Counted from the stretch's first letter, positions 29,060-44,676 are shown. The stretch is 64,000 nucleotides of DNA from Eledone cirrhosa (GCA_964016885.1 OZ024752.1:1178001-1242000), one strand, 5' to 3'. The notes: generated from the letters alone by a model not told the origin. Numbers and translations are program-made.

Positions 29060-30558
29060 AGTGGTGTGTATGTGTCTTTTGAATAACATCGATTTCACCT
29101 CTTTTCGTTACTATCTCTATTAATGTCTCTTAATATGTAACACGATTCCTCTAAATTGTGATTTTTCAATCATTTCTTCCTTATCGTTCTGTTCTGTTAT
29201 TAATATCACTCACGCCTCTGCACTCAATTTCCTCTAGAACAATTCATTGCATAATTCATACAATCATCCAGACGTGTGTGTAAACCTAAACCGCGTTCAA
29301 GAGGTTTAAATAATAAAACTCGTTTACATACATACAAATATACTTACATACATAGTTACTTATATGCTTGCATACGTACCTAGATACATACAGACATACT
29401 TACATACATAGATACGTACATACTTACATACATAGATACGTACATACTTACATAAATACATATCCCCCCCCCCCCACACACATATAAATATGTATATACA
29501 TACAATATATATATACATACAAACACACATGTATACATATACACTTACATCGATACATATGTACACATATATACATATATATACATTCAAACACATGTGT
29601 ACGTAAATACTTAATATAGATACATACGTACACATATATACATATATATACATACAAACACATATGTGTACGTACATACTTACATAGATACATACGTACG
29701 AACACACACATAAAGGCATACATAATGCATAGATACACAAATGTCTACACACATACTCACACACATACGTACACACACACACGCACATATATATATATAT
29801 ATACATACATATATACACATATTCAACCATACAATGATTTATGCATATATGCAGGCATGTATACATAGATGCGTACATACATTATACGTGTTTGCAGTTA
29901 GGTGTTTAAATCAGTTCTGTATGTGGTTGTAGATGTCTATACATACATTATTACATACACTGAAGATATAAATAATAGGCTGCTCTGATGTACACAAATG
30001 ACTTCTGGTCTATCTGAATATATATTCTCCATCCCATTTCACATGTCTGACCTCCTGACACATCCTCTGATTGAGTTACTCACTCGTAGGCTACTGTCTG
30101 ATGCAAATATTTTTCATCCAAACTAATAATCATATAAATAGACTGTTTCGGTTAGCTGGAGGTTCTTTCAATATATAACAATTAAAACAAAAGCAACTGA
30201 TGCTAGCCAAAGAATTGATTTAGCATTGTAAATAAAACAGAAACAATCTGGATTTTATTAATGTCTTAATATAGAATATATACACTGAAAAATATAGACT
30301 CATATTTACACAATATTTTTGTCCACTGACAATAGATTATATACTATAGCGTCTGAAATAAGAACATATATAATAAAAAAATGTATATTAAAAAAAGGAA
30401 GAATTCATTTTTTAACGTTCTAAGCGCACGATATTAGTTCAATATCTGACGTTATTTCGCGCGCTTCACTTATTTTTTATGAAGTTGTCTGCTTACGCTC
30501 ACACACACACACACACACATACACACATATATATTTATATATATATATACATAGAAAT

Positions 30559-30592
<34 letters not shown>

Positions 30593-32442
30593 GTTACATC
30601 AAGAGTGTATTTGTCGAATCCACGTGTTACACTGAATGAGTCAAGCAAACACGGATCTTCTGTTCGGCCATCATATAATAGGTTTATTTGTTTAATTTTG
30701 TTTTTTATAAAAGATCTGGAAAGAAAAGTAATTATTTTTAGAGGTTAGCTGCATAGAAGGTGTGAAAAATGTGGTAAACTTTTTGTAGCCTTGTGTATGA
30801 AAAATTTAAACCATTTATTACTTATTAGAAGAGAGTTGTAAGCGGCATTATGTATCTATAAGGGTTAGATCTAATAGGGTAGATATTTTTAGGACGGTGG
30901 TGTTGGAGAGGGACTACATTTGTTCACTTACTGGATTATAATTAGAGTGATTTTCTATATTGAAAGTTTTATATGAGTGAAGTTTGATTAGAGAATGGTG
31001 TGGTATGAGTGTTGACTGTGGTCAGGGGGTGATAAACACTTAGTCTCGTTGATTCGAGTTTTTCAAGATATATATAGTCATGTAAAGGCTGTGGTTGCAA
31101 AGGCTGCTTCTTTTATTAATTAATTATTCGTGAAATATAGTTTTTTAGGATGTTCGTCTGTGGCCAAATTACACGATTTATTCCGTTTGTATAGGGCTTA
31201 GTTATTTCTCGAATCCCCCAGTTAATGGAGAAATGCATGATGCTATTTCTGAGGATCCGACAAGAAAAACCTAGAAAAGTAGAATAATGGTTTTCCGCGT
31301 TTTTTTCTTTTAATGTTAAGATCAACGCAGGAAAGATATATGTGTGTGTGAATGTGCTGACGATTCTGTCAGGAGTTGCGAATGACCGATACTAACAGCA
31401 ATATATGCATTATTTCCTTGGTCCTAAATTATTTATTTAACTACAATGTATTTAGACATGATATCGGGTCGGCAGTTTAAAGCGGAGTCGATAGCATAGC
31501 CAGGAATGTCGTATCTAATGATCTTCAGAAGTGGAGAAATACCGATTACGTGGACAGATTATGTTAACGGTGAAGTTGGTGGGCATTTAGAGGAGAAGGG
31601 AAAAGGAAATAAGTGGAGACGACGAGATGCTAGTATTGAGAGATAGATTTAGAGGTTAAATGCTCTAAAGTTGTGCTGTTGAATTGCTTGTGAAAATGAA
31701 ATGAATTTCATGGATACGTGATATTACTTGCTGCTTTGTAGAATGTTTGTTTCAAGTAATTGGTTTGGTACTAACATTTTCTCACCACATATTGAAAATT
31801 GTACTACATTAAATTTATATCAGTGTTTCCTATTTATAATTTGATATTTGGTAATACATAATATTACGAAATGTAATATTGTTTAAATAATATCCTATTT
31901 GAAACCCCATGATGGATTCAACAAAGGAACATGGTTTATCTACCCGACGTCATATTTTTCTATGAAATATCTTAATACAATGCAGTAAAACTTGGCACAT
32001 AACCAGCATTTCTTAATAGAAGACACTGATAACAAACAGTAAATAATGTATCCGTTCTCCCATGAAACAGAGAGTTTATCTAACATAGAATGTATGTTGC
32101 AGAGGTCTTGGGGGTTAGATCAAACTTGCTGTTTACAGCTCATCCGCTGAATATTATTTTCATTAATGTTTTCATGCGCTTTAAGGTATATTGGCACTAT
32201 AAATTCTGTTATTTCATGTACATTGGTCAAATATATAGATTTATTTCATGCAGTGTTTCCTTTAATAGTGGTAAAGCCGTCTCAAATCACATGTACAACT
32301 TTTCTGATTTCTATAAAATACGCCTCCACACACACACACCCTCACACACGCACATACACAAGCACACACACACACACACACACACATACACACACACATA
32401 CACACACACACAAACACACATCCACACACACATATATATACA

Positions 32443-32499
<57 letters not shown>

Positions 32500-32788
32500 T
32501 AACAGATTAGAGTTTAAGCAAAGAAGCACTTTTTTCACGCTTAATGGAATCTTCTGAAACTAAGAAGAAAAAAAAAATCAGTCGGTGGACACAGAAGTAA
32601 ATGTTTCAGAAAACGTTGCAGCCGAAGGAGAACAGGAAGACGATACTTTGATTCGTGAAGACGTTCCCTGGCAATGAACGAAAAAAAGCGAGGATAATTA
32701 CGCCGTTATATACAGCAATGAGAACAATTTCACGCAAAGACAAAAAAACAAAACCATGTTTATGGTATAAATGGAGTCATTAGACTAA

Positions 32789-35700
32789 CTATCAGAAGAA
32801 CCGCCCTCGGGCTGTTTTCTGCTAGTATATATAGTGTGCATATTGATATACGCAAATATATATGCACATAGATATGATACGTAAATTGACAATATGCACA
32901 TAAACTGAACAAAGACTGTGTTACACTTACTTCTGTAATCAGTAAAGTAATCCATGATACATTTAAAAAAAGGCGATAATGGAGATGGAAAAGCGATGAA
33001 ACTGTTGATGGAAAATGTTTATGAATCTTCACTTGAGAATGTCGATAGGAAGCTTCAAGCAGTGAATTTGAAAATAGATGCTGCTAGTATGAATGAATGA
33101 ATTACATTTACCAATATGAAGAGTTGACCTTCGCTATATTGTTGTTTTAGTGTATACACATATAGACTTCTTAACCTTTTGTAGTGTCCCCTTTCTAGGA
33201 ATTAAAAAGAAACTGCAATGCATTTCAACTAAAAGAAAGTGATAGTTGTTTCACATTGCTGTAGAATTTCTTTGTAGGCACAGTTGTCAGCAAACAGACC
33301 CCTTTCATTTAATATAACTCGTGATAATACAACATGCATCTGACCACGTGAAAAGAATTGTGTTGGTAGATGTACACCTATCTTTTCAAATGTCTGCTCT
33401 TGAGCCTTGTTGCATGCAAGTGCAAAGGCTGGTTTGACAGGAAATTGCATGCGAGTAAAGGTGAAAGGGAACTCAAGGGTCTCTAATACTGGTATCCTTG
33501 GGATTAGCAAACTTGTTCGAGCATTGGGACCCAATGCGACTTCAGCTTCAATTACATGATTATGTAAACTGATGATGATGTAGCGTGTACCATTGCAATG
33601 CCCGTTTAGAGGATCCAGATTTCTCAGAAGCATGATGCAGCTGCTTTTCTTCAGTTTAAGTATGTATGTTGGGAAGCCTGATGGGGCAGTTTGTTGATAA
33701 ACTCAATTGGATATTGAGTTTCAGTTCAGTATCAGAGCTGTAGTTTATTTCATGTCCAGGGAACTTGTTGACCATGAACTCATTTACCAATCTTGTTGCA
33801 TCATAGGTTGGGGTGATAATGGCTCTGTTTGCAAGCCATAGTGGGTTTGTGTAGTTTCCTGGAACATTTTTATACACAAAATCACACAGTCCAGACACAT
33901 TGCCATATTCCAGACAAAGTTCATTTGGCAGAAGAATTGTGAATGCACCTGCAGTTGGAGCAGTTGGAATGTCCCACATCAAGAAAGTAGTATGCAAACT
34001 GTCTTTCATCAGAATCCTCTGCATTAATTAACTGTTGATTGGTTGTCATCTCCATGGTTTCCACATAGTCCCAGAGATAGAATGTCTTGATGGTTGCCTC
34101 AACTATTTGTGGTCTAGCACCATGGCGTACAACTGGAAGAATTTGCTTTCAGTGACCAGATAATAATACTGTTAAACCACCAAATGGCATTTTGCAATCT
34201 CGAATATCTTTGAAGCTCCTGTCAAGGCATTCAAAGATAAGCTTATGTCATCAATCTCATCAATGATTAACAGATCAGCTTGCTGCATAATTTCACATGC
34301 TGCATCTCTCTTTGCGAAGAAGCATGTTGATTCAGCACTCACATGGAGAGGAATCTTGCACTTGGAATGAAGAGTTCTACCTTTGAGAAGCAAAGTGGCT
34401 GCTATTCCAGATATGGCAGTGGCAACTGCAATTTTCTTTTTAGATTGGAGGTAATCCAATAGGATGTTTATGACGTAGGTCTTTCCTGTGCCTGCACTTG
34501 CATTCAAGCAGAAAAGTCTGCCTTCATTTTCATTTACAGGGGTGATTACTTTGTGAAAAATAACCAGTTTCGCAGGATTCAATGTTGGTAGAAGTTTATT
34601 TATGTTTGCTTGCAGCTGGTGTGTATTGAAATCAGTTTCTGCCATACGAATCCTGTTCATTTCTGGGATGGCAACAATAGATGGGTCTGGCCAAGGAAGT
34701 CCATAGTTGGCATGAATGTCCAATCCATCATGTTAAAGTCTTTGTTGGATCTTCTGTTGATAAATCTGCATGGTTTGCATGGACATGACTTGCTCATGAC
34801 GTTCATGCATGATATCCTCTGCAAGACAATTCTTCCATTTCTCCCAGACCTGCAGAGGGTCATTTGGCATGCAGTACAATAAAATGGTGCAGAAGATATC
34901 TCGCCACTGAGGACCAAGCGTAATGGATGAGGCCTCTTCCATAGCTTTGTCTTTTTCTCCATCTTCATCCAACAGACCAAGTTTCCTGCATGCTTCTTGG
35001 AATGTTGGAAATTCAACTCCTTCAATTGTCCTCAAATCTTTGTATGAAGTTGACCCAGCCTTGTGATGTAGGATCATTCTGAGGTAATATAATTCAGATT
35101 GATGTCTACTGAGAGATACTGTAGGAATACGCCCAAGAGATTCACTCATAAATTGTTGATCACCACCCAGATGTCCCTTCTTTCTTCTTTGCCACTTTTT
35201 GTTTGTCCAAGTGAAATATTTAGCAATATCAATATACACTATGTTTTGTGCCAGTGGGTCTCTAATATTTAGTTGAAAATATTCCGTCAACTTAGTCATT
35301 GGCTGTCCCCTAGAAACAACACTTTCTTCCTGCCCTCGCTCATACACGACCATTTGTCCCCCAGGTAAATGGCAAGACAACTTTTCAACTGGCGGTTTTC
35401 GGTGATGTAATGGAAATTTATAGATTCTCCAGAATTCTTCACTGACTGAGACGTACTGTGCATTGATATAGGTCTCAATCACATTTTGGACATGGAAACA
35501 ATTTCCTTGATCATCCTTAATAGTGAAAGTGATCTTGTCTGATCCTTTTGTGAGGTATTTATATAAGTACTTAACAGCCTTGAGCCTGTGGACAACCTCA
35601 CAATTGATATGTCACTGATATCTCAATGAGAGGAAAGGGTTGTATGGAACAATCCAATGATTATGAACAGTAAATTCTAGACCTTTAAGTTGGTTTGAAT

Positions 35701-36690
35701 GGGTGTGACCACCATGCTGTCTATCCCTTCTTCTATACTCCGGAAAGGAATTTTCGGCAACAAATGTGGTTTGACTGAATGCCTTGGCATAACCTTTTGA
35801 GCAATGGCGTCCTAGCCCTTCCATACATGTGCACATATTATTAGCTTGTCCACATGAGCCATGAATGTTGCAGGATGTGATGATCTTATGCAGAATGTGA
35901 TTGGTCTCTTTATCAGGAATCTCACAGTACACTACCTGATCAATGGCATCAGCAGTTTTGGGCTTGCTATCTTCAGCTATTATCAACAGGATATGAGCAT
36001 GAGTGAGGCCTCATTTCTGCCACTCTATTGTAGCAGAATGAGCCACACATTTTCCTAGGACATTTTCTTTCAGTATGTCATTCATGAGGCTGTCATAGTT
36101 GATCTTGAAGACTCTTGCACAAATATCAGGACGGTCTCTAGGTTCTTCTCCAGGGTGCAGACTATTTTTTATTTCATCCCAGTTAGGATTATTTGTTACT
36201 CTGATGAAATAAGATGGCTTTCCCATATGTCGAACCACAGTCATCGAATTCTAAAAGTACTCACTGTAGAAGCGAGGGGAACCATAGATTGAAGGAGGAA
36301 GAACAATTCTCCGTCCTGCATTTACCGAATCTCCTTCAGCCACAGCATCATACAAACCCTCATACGTTTCAGTTCGTATCATGGTTTACTTGTTGCGGGC
36401 CCATTTGAGGCGACAATGTTCTATTTTTGCCTGGGCATCTACAGCATATTGCTGCATCAGCCGCCTGCTCTTCATGATAATGTTACAGTCACCTTTCCTA
36501 ACCTGAAACAAATCAGTGGGTGTGAATGTGTGGTTGTTGTCAATCCTTTTCAAACCAACCTGAAACCCATCATTCCCCCAAGGAAACAGTAGCACATAGT
36601 GCGGAGGATCATAATAACAGTGCAACTGATGAATCCTCTGAAGACCACCATCTCTTTTATGAATGATGACATCCAAAAGACTTAATGCTG
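32789..36690 (-). mobile_element. Decayed autonomous-type Helitron (HUH Rep + PIF1-like helicase), 5'-truncated
   Basis: Rep motifs PSYFIRVTNNPNW, IEWQK*GLTHAHILL and AVKYLYKYLTKGSD. Helicase motifs ASAGTGKT, LLIIDE, MLLRNLD..GHCNGTR, FPVKPAFALACNKAQ and GQMHVVLSRV. Many frameshifts and stops. 3' hairpin at 32788-32826. Confidence 0.94.
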
Positions 36691-36949
36691 TATCAGTACA
36701 CGGCTCGGAAAAACCTTTCTCCTAGAGCTAATTTTACTGTAATGAGACTATTTTGAGTTTCTAACTCAATACATGCCTTTGATATATTCGGCTCCGTTAA
36801 TTCGTAGAGCTAATTCAAGTGTCGTGTAGACCCGGCTGCTATTTTTAGTGGCGTGAGTCTGCGTGACGCGCTAAGTTCAGAAACCATGTGCGCTAACACA
36901 CACTATCCAGTTCTTTATTTTATTTAGAAGTGATCAGGATACTAATTCT

Positions 36950-37032
36950 TCACCCGCTGATGAGCTAGGAATTTGGTATACCTCTTCACAAGTAATATTG
37001 CGAAACGGTTCCATCAAAAACCGTTCGGGTGA
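36950..37032 (+). ncRNA. Type I hammerhead ribozyme
   Basis: TCACCCG-CTGATGA-GC[long loop]GC-GAAA-CGGTT(ccatcaaa)AACCG-TT-CGGGTGA. Helix I is 7 bp, helix III is full, and the cleavage triplet is GUU. Confidence 0.8.
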
Positions 37033-37208
37033 TGGGTAGTTACCAGAATACTTGTTTGTATTTATTTTTCTTGATTTATTCTTAAATTGAGTCTAATAAA
37101 CCCTATTGTCTGTAGTTAGTATTTTTTTCACCTTAGCGATTCTGGTCCATTACGATTTGAACACATACAATTATATATCTGTGTTCGTTTTTCTTTTTTG
37201 TTCAGTTA

Positions 37209-37361
<153 letters not shown>

Positions 37362-39370
37362 GGTGTATGTGTGCGTGTGTGTAATAAATGATTGGTAGGG
37401 TAAAGGTTGATAAATAAGAGAAGAAAATAAAGCAAGCAAAGTAATATTTTTACCCATCATATTTCAGGGTTTACAACTCCTCTTCAAATGAAAAACAAAA
37501 CAAAAGAAAAAGAACAATGTGTTCTAGCTTAACTGATCCAATTGTGTGGATTACGCATGCGTAGAGCAGTCATATAACGCTACTCTGCTCCTTCTACTAT
37601 TTACTTGTGGCTTTCGTATCTTTAATTTTTAAATTGCCCACATTGTTTCTATAGTGAAGTGACCTCCATATCTCGGACAATTATAGCTCTCGTTGCCATG
37701 TGCTCTTTCATCAGTATGTGCAACATCCAGACAGAAATTCGGGTGTATGAGGAACCATAGTATCTTTATGTGACCTTGTAGTCTTCATACACTCTCCTGC
37801 ACACTTCTGCATTGTTGATGGGAGAATTAGGAAGTGTTATTACAAATATATGAAGCCTGACTAGAAATTTCAACTACATTTAAACAAACTTCAGTTCCCA
37901 GAATCTCTATTTATGCCAGAATTTGTTGAGAATCTAAGACACACCTTACAGAATACATTTTTGCAGGGACGTTGTATAATGTTGTTCGTAGTGCGTTTTC
38001 CCCAATATCACTGTTTTTGAGGTGAAGGTGATTAGGCATATGGTCAAGGGTAACCCAGGACACCTGGTCTCTCCTTACACATGAAGAAGGATGCCAGTAA
38101 TATTTTGGAAAGCACATTTGAAATGACTGCAACAAGTTTATTTCCTCTTAGGGTTTACTCCTGTAAATTATATCTTATACTCATATGGCAGCAGGGTAGT
38201 GGTTAATCAGTTAACATGTACTTATCCACATAAGCATACATATATACATTAGTGGATGAACGGGGACCCTCATTAGAGCATTCATCCTTTGACAAGGTTT
38301 GCTTTTCATTAACTAGGGTGTCCAAAAATCTTCCTGTATTCTTGTTGTGTTGGTCGGGAGGGTGATATTTTGACACGTTGCGTACAGTGAGAATGGAGAA
38401 AAACCAGCTCATATCAATTCTCAATAGGAAAGAATAAACACGTCTTCGGAAATTACTCTAATATTCTTAATGGATTGAATTTCTTAAATTTATCATCTTA
38501 ATTTCAGATCATGCAAAATAATCTCAGTCTATGAATAAATTATCATGTCCGTTCATTGAAATTATCCTACAACAAAATACGTTTAAAATATACAATATCC
38601 CCATTACTACTTCAGACTACAAAATACCTAGAGAAAAAACAAAACTGAGTATTGAATTAAATGTTTGCCCAAATTTATACTAAGAATTGAAAAATAATAG
38701 TCTGTGTTATCGTATAATTAAAATGATCAGACAAAAAGTAAAATAATATACTAAATTTATCCATTCATGGATAAGGTTAAAGGTATTTTCAGACGGATAT
38801 AGCAAGAGTTCTAATATTTTCTTTGCCACCTACTCGTGGCGATAATAAACGTTATAAATGCTGAAGAAATTTTCATAAAATTGTTGCTATTCATTTATTA
38901 AATGTTGTATATGTTGACGATTATGATAATTATAAACACGCTTTAACTTCTGCTCGACCATCAAAAGAACACCACTAATAAGATTGAATTAATACTTTAA
39001 AAGCTCAACAATTCTATGCGATGTAATGAAGAAAGCTGTTTGAAAATAAAGTGAACTATTTATTGGTGTAAAAGTCAATATGTTCGTACTTTATTATATT
39101 TATATCGTAATAATCCAGGCAATATAATGGCTATTCCATAATGGTATTCATTTAATAATTACGTAACATCTTTGATACATTAAATATTTAAATATTAGTT
39201 ATAAATTTATAATTTTCTTAAATTACGAAGTGTAGTGTTCATAGAATATTAACAAAATAGGAAGAATCCACCGCCTCAAGATTTTTGTGAAAATATACGA
39301 AGACAAGTTTAAATAGTGCCATAAAACACGGTAATTTAATAAAAAATAAAATCTTACAACTATACATAAT

Positions 39371-39469
<99 letters not shown>

Positions 39470-39552
39470 GTGTGTATGTATGTATGCATGTATGCATGCA
39501 TGTATGTAAATAGGTATGTATGTAGATTTATTTATCTATGTATATATGTATG

Positions 39553-39780
39553 TATTCCTAAGCATTTACTGTACTGGGAGTTAGTCAAAGGCAAACGGCC
39601 AAAGGTTACACCAAAGCTCAGTTATAAAGACTACATCAAAAGAACTTTGATAAATTCAAAAATAAGAGAAGATAACTCGGAAGACATTGTGTTATATCAT
39701 TTATCTGGGAGGAAAACAGTGTTTAATAGAAAATAGAAATTTGAGAAACCTCGTATGAAGCATCGACTATTAAAGGGGTG
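39553..39780 (+). mobile_element. RTE/BovB-like LINE 3' fragment
   Basis: [32 protein letters not shown] matches the RTE C-terminal pattern PKxLLYGEL..GKR..G.PKLRYKD. Confidence 0.8.
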
Positions 39781-41001
39781 TCAGTGTAAATGTCTAGACG
39801 ATATTATGTATCTGGAGTTTCAGATTCTCAAAATGACATTATGGGTAATGGGGTGCGGGCGAATTTGCCTCAGTAATGGTGACCATCATTAAAGAAGTCA
39901 TCTTAGAAGCCATGTATATACTGTTTCCCACGATGTCCTCTTTGGTATTTTCTCCTGTCAGAATTGCGGAAAACAATGTGCCTCGGTCATTGGACACCAA
40001 CGTCATTTGAAAACTCATCAAAACAAACGAGCGAACGAAAGTGGAAGCAACGTTCATCACTGCGAGATATACAGACTGGATTGTAAATCCTTGGCAGGGC
40101 GGAAGAGTCATGTTCGCGCCACGCATATATGAACGGAATCAGGTGGTGACAATTCCCGTTGTTTTGCTCGTATAATCAATAGTTACAGATCTTTGTAAAT
40201 TCCATCGACTATATCTACCAATAGCAGTCTGGAAGTTAGCTTTATATCATTATATTTAATCCTATTCATTTAGTTAAAACATAATTGATAATTAGTTATA
40301 TACCTTTAAGTTAATCTTTACTGCACCCAACATATCGCGATTAATTCAGGTTTAAGATCATTGAAGATTTGGAAAATCAATCACATCTGAACACGAAATC
40401 TCTGACGAATTATTTGTTATCTTATTAAATCTAATATCACAAATAAATCGTTGCCTCTATTAACTGTAAAGTCCTTTTGTTGAAGTTTCAGAATTATCTT
40501 TAGAAAAAGATTATTGTTTATGGTGTTCTTCCGTTGAAATGAATAAAATATTGGATGAATCTTCTTTTCTAACTGAAATTTAGAATCATATTATTTGATG
40601 ATTTAAAAATATGAGTGGCTGACAGGGATTCCCTTTGCGTAGAGAAACTGAAACAAATGGCAGAAGATGTTACTGCGTTTTAAATCTGATAGATAACATA
40701 TTATATGGCAGATATAATACTGAAATCGGATCGAAGTATATTCTGTGACTGTCTTCATATGACCTAATGTCCAGTTATGTATATACTAAATCCATCCAAA
40801 TATACATGAGAGGATTATTAGATCCAAATCCAGCATTCGTATGCAAGAAAAGATTACGTTTGTCAGATAACTGTCAATAAATAATTTAGGAAACATGCTT
40901 TGAGACTTAGCACATAAAATATTATTCAATATCTTCAATATCTTCAGTTAATTCGGACACACGAGACAATAAGCTCCTCTTAAAGGAATATGCGTCAATA
41001 T

Positions 41002-41053
<52 letters not shown>

Positions 41054-41152
41054 AGATAATTCGTTTTTGAACTTGTTTTGCGAGATTTCTTATCTGAAAA
41101 CGTGTGTTGAAACTAATATTGTTATACTTTGGGAGGGTCATGTTGCAAATAA

Positions 41153-41409
41153 AAACACACGCACCTGCTGATTTTCACTTCAATTTATCATAAATTTCCA
41201 GTTGGGTGGTTGGTCCGATAACCGGAAGGTTGTTTATATATTGTCAAAGCTTTTTCGTCACACATTCTGTGACCTCATCAGTGACTAGGTTTTTATTTTG
41301 TGTGTCTCTCCTTTGTTCTGTCCTACACCATCTTGATTTTGTATGCTCACCAACCAAGCAAACGGAAATTTATAATAAATTGAAGTGAAAACCAACAGGT
41401 ATGTGTGTT
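41153..41409. mobile_element. Short non-coding element with about 47-bp imperfect terminal inverted repeats and an internal hammerhead motif
   Basis: Arms at 41153-41199 and 41364-41409. Followed by (TA)n. Confidence 0.7.
41243..41285 (-). ncRNA. Minimal type I hammerhead motif (slightly degenerate)
   Basis: Minus strand GTCA-CTGATGA-G-GTCACA(gaatg)TGTGAC-GAAA-AAGCTT-TGAC. Confidence 0.6.
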
Positions 41410-41410
41410 C

Positions 41411-41467
<57 letters not shown>

Positions 41468-41470
<3 letters not shown>

Positions 41471-42131
41471 ACTAGAGATTGATTAACATATAAATAAACA
41501 TGAATAATCAGAGGAGATAATTTTTACAAGTTTGTAACCACACATAGCTAGGTAGGTAACTATATAAAGTTGACCAGAACGTCAAAAATAGATACCTTAT
41601 AATATGATTAATCTTCCCTGTATATAATCCATTAAAGAAATATATTTCACCAATTAATCAGATGGTAAACCACAGAAGTGGATACTTGGATTTTCAACAA
41701 GGAAGAAGTTCCAGCAATCCGTGTTTATACTTCAAGTTCAAATCAGCGACTGGCCAGCACGTGTTGTATTTACTAGAAATACACACATCATACTAGCTTC
41801 GTCCCAGTGGCGTGAATAGGGTTATCGACAACTAGAAACAGCAGTCGAGTCCTTTCAACAGAGTTAGTTCTACAATTAAGTCTTTCTGGCATGACACCCA
41901 TAATTTTGATTTAGATTAAATTCATTTTATTTATCTTAATTTTGTATATATATATATATATATATTGGGTCATCAAGTATGACATTATATGAAATATATA
42001 CAAAAGGGATTAATCATTTTTAAAAGGTATCTATATTTGAAGTTCTTGTTAAACTTTAATTAGTTACCTATCTAGTTATGTGTGGTTACACACTTTACAA
42101 ATTATCCCCTGTAATTGTTTCATATGTTTAT

Positions 42132-42166
<35 letters not shown>

Positions 42167-42182
42167 CAATCGATTTCTAATT
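41468..42182. repeat. Diverged inverted repeat pair, about 185-bp arms
   Basis: 41468-41652 versus the reverse complement of about 41985-42182 (e.g. GTAACCACACATAGCTAGGTAGGTAACTA / TAGTTACCTATCTAGTTATGTGTGGTTAC). Confidence 0.75.
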
Positions 42183-42335
42183 GAATGCTTATAAATGCTC
42201 GGAGGAGGATCTATCCATTAGAATCTTTGAGCATATTCTACAGAGGTTATGGTGCACGTTTCTCAGACATGATATCCTTAATTTAATTTTGGTCACACAC
42301 ACACACATACATATCTATATATATGTATATGTATG

Positions 42336-42410
<75 letters not shown>

Positions 42411-42419
<9 letters not shown>

Positions 42420-44645
42420 TAAACAAATAATGAACAAACAATTCCTTATATTAAACAAAAAAAGTTCACTATTTAACGATCGTTTCTAGGGCATATATGT
42501 GCTATAATTGGTATGCATATTTAACAGATCTATGTACAAAATTATACAAAATTATACAAATTATCAAGATTAAATATACATACCTAACTCATATATACGC
42601 CGTCTTCAGAAATAATGAAGTATATTTATTGATAATAACAACAATTCAAAATATCAGTTCAAAATTGACCAATGAAAACACAAAGGGTTAAAAAGCAGTT
42701 TGGTGTGTGTATATACATGTAAAACCCTACACACATTTTACAATAATGTGTGTATAATATGTATGTGCATACTAAAAAGATGGATGCAAATAAAAAATTT
42801 CAAGGTTAATATCTCTGTAAGCTTAATGCGCTGATAAGATACGCAATGATACTTATGTAGTCAAGCATATAAATATATTTTTTTCATACTCACACATATC
42901 AGTATAATCACACATACATGTGCGTATATATATAAATATACACATAACCACGAACACACAAACACACACACATACATTTTGGAAATATATTTATTATTTG
43001 GTTTTAGCTTTAATCAACCTAAAACTTTAATTTTAATTTTAATTTGCTTAAAATTAGTATCCTTGTACAGACGAATTGCAGAATTTCATGTAATCATAGA
43101 ATGGGAGGTGTTTTTGGATATATACCTAGTTAATATATTCTGTGCAAATTTTTTGAAAAAGATATGTATATCTATATGTATATGTATATGTGTGTATTGT
43201 ATGTGTATCTGTATGTATATTTATGTGACTATATATGTATGTACGTGTGTATATATATGTATATATATATATATATATGTGTATGTATATGTATATGTAT
43301 GTGTATGTGTATGTATATGTATGTGTATGCGTATTAATTTTGATTTTTGTTTGCATATAATTATATTATGCTATTGATGAAATACAATATCTGCTTTATG
43401 TATTGTATACCTAATTAACATATACTAATTAACATATACTATTGAAATAAATATATAATTTTTAACTTAGTTTACATATAATTTATATGCTACTACCGAT
43501 GTAATACTTTATTTTATTTTTATTTGGGTTTCTTTTCCCTATTATTAACTTTAATTTAGTTATAATGTAATTAATAATCTACTACTGTTTGACTTCATAA
43601 TTCTGCTTCAAATATTATAAACCTAACTAATTTACACCTTGGAAATCAATATGTTGACTATCTTTGGTTTAGTTGACATATGATTAATGGTATACTTTTT
43701 TATTTTGTGATGCATAGATTTCGTATTTCCTAGCATTGAAAATATGTAGGAACATACATTGAATTAAGATATGGAAAATATTATAGGTTTCTTGAAACAT
43801 ATATTTACTTTGATCCCCTTCTCCAAACCCCCCCCTTTCCCCCATACTATTATCATCTGTTTTTGTAAGTGTATATGTATGAATATATGGGTAGATGGGT
43901 GTCTATATAGTTTTTTTTTTTGGTATTTATTTCTAGATATAAAAATACATATATGAGCATGTAAATATGAATGTAAGATTGAGTGTGTATATATGATTGT
44001 ACATACATATGTATGTATATGTATGTATATATATGTATTATATATGTACGTGTATGTGAATGTGTGGTATATATATGTGTAGGTATATGTATATATGTGT
44101 GCGTATGTGTATGCTTGTATATAGGAATATATATGTGTGTATATATGTATATATGTATATGCGTGTTTGCATGTATGTGTACATGGGTTCTGTATATATT
44201 TGTATGTCTCTCTATTTATATGTTTATCTTCGTATCTATGTGATATATGTGTGTGTGTGTGCATGTATGCATATGTATGTGTTTATGTGTGTTTGTATGT
44301 GTGTGTGTATATATATGTATGTATTTGCGCACACTCACATACACATATATATATATATATATATATATATGTGAGTGTGTATGTGTGTCTGTATGTGTGT
44401 GCGTGTGTATATATGTGTATATATATATATATATGTGTATGTATGTGTATGTGTGTGTATATAGATATATATGTATATATATATATGTATATATATATAT
44501 ATGTGTATATAGGTGTCTATGTGTGAATATATGTCTTTATTCGTATGTGTGTATTTATATATGTTTATATTTAGGTGTATGTATGTATGTGTATGTATGT
44601 ATGTATATGTATGTGTATGTATGTATATGTGTATATGTGTGTATA

Positions 44646-44676
<31 letters not shown>

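Noticed and set aside
30730-31330. Possible Penelope N-terminal relic on the minus strand (INGLNFSYT resembling KGLNF)
   Set aside because: A single short motif among many stops is insufficient
39839-40126. Possible RTE RT relic on the minus strand (also 37850-38170)
   Set aside because: Only vague similarity, with no diagnostic motif intact
42497-42691. Duplicated 64-aa ORF
   Set aside because: A by-product of the inverted repeat, AT-rich, with no recognisable domain
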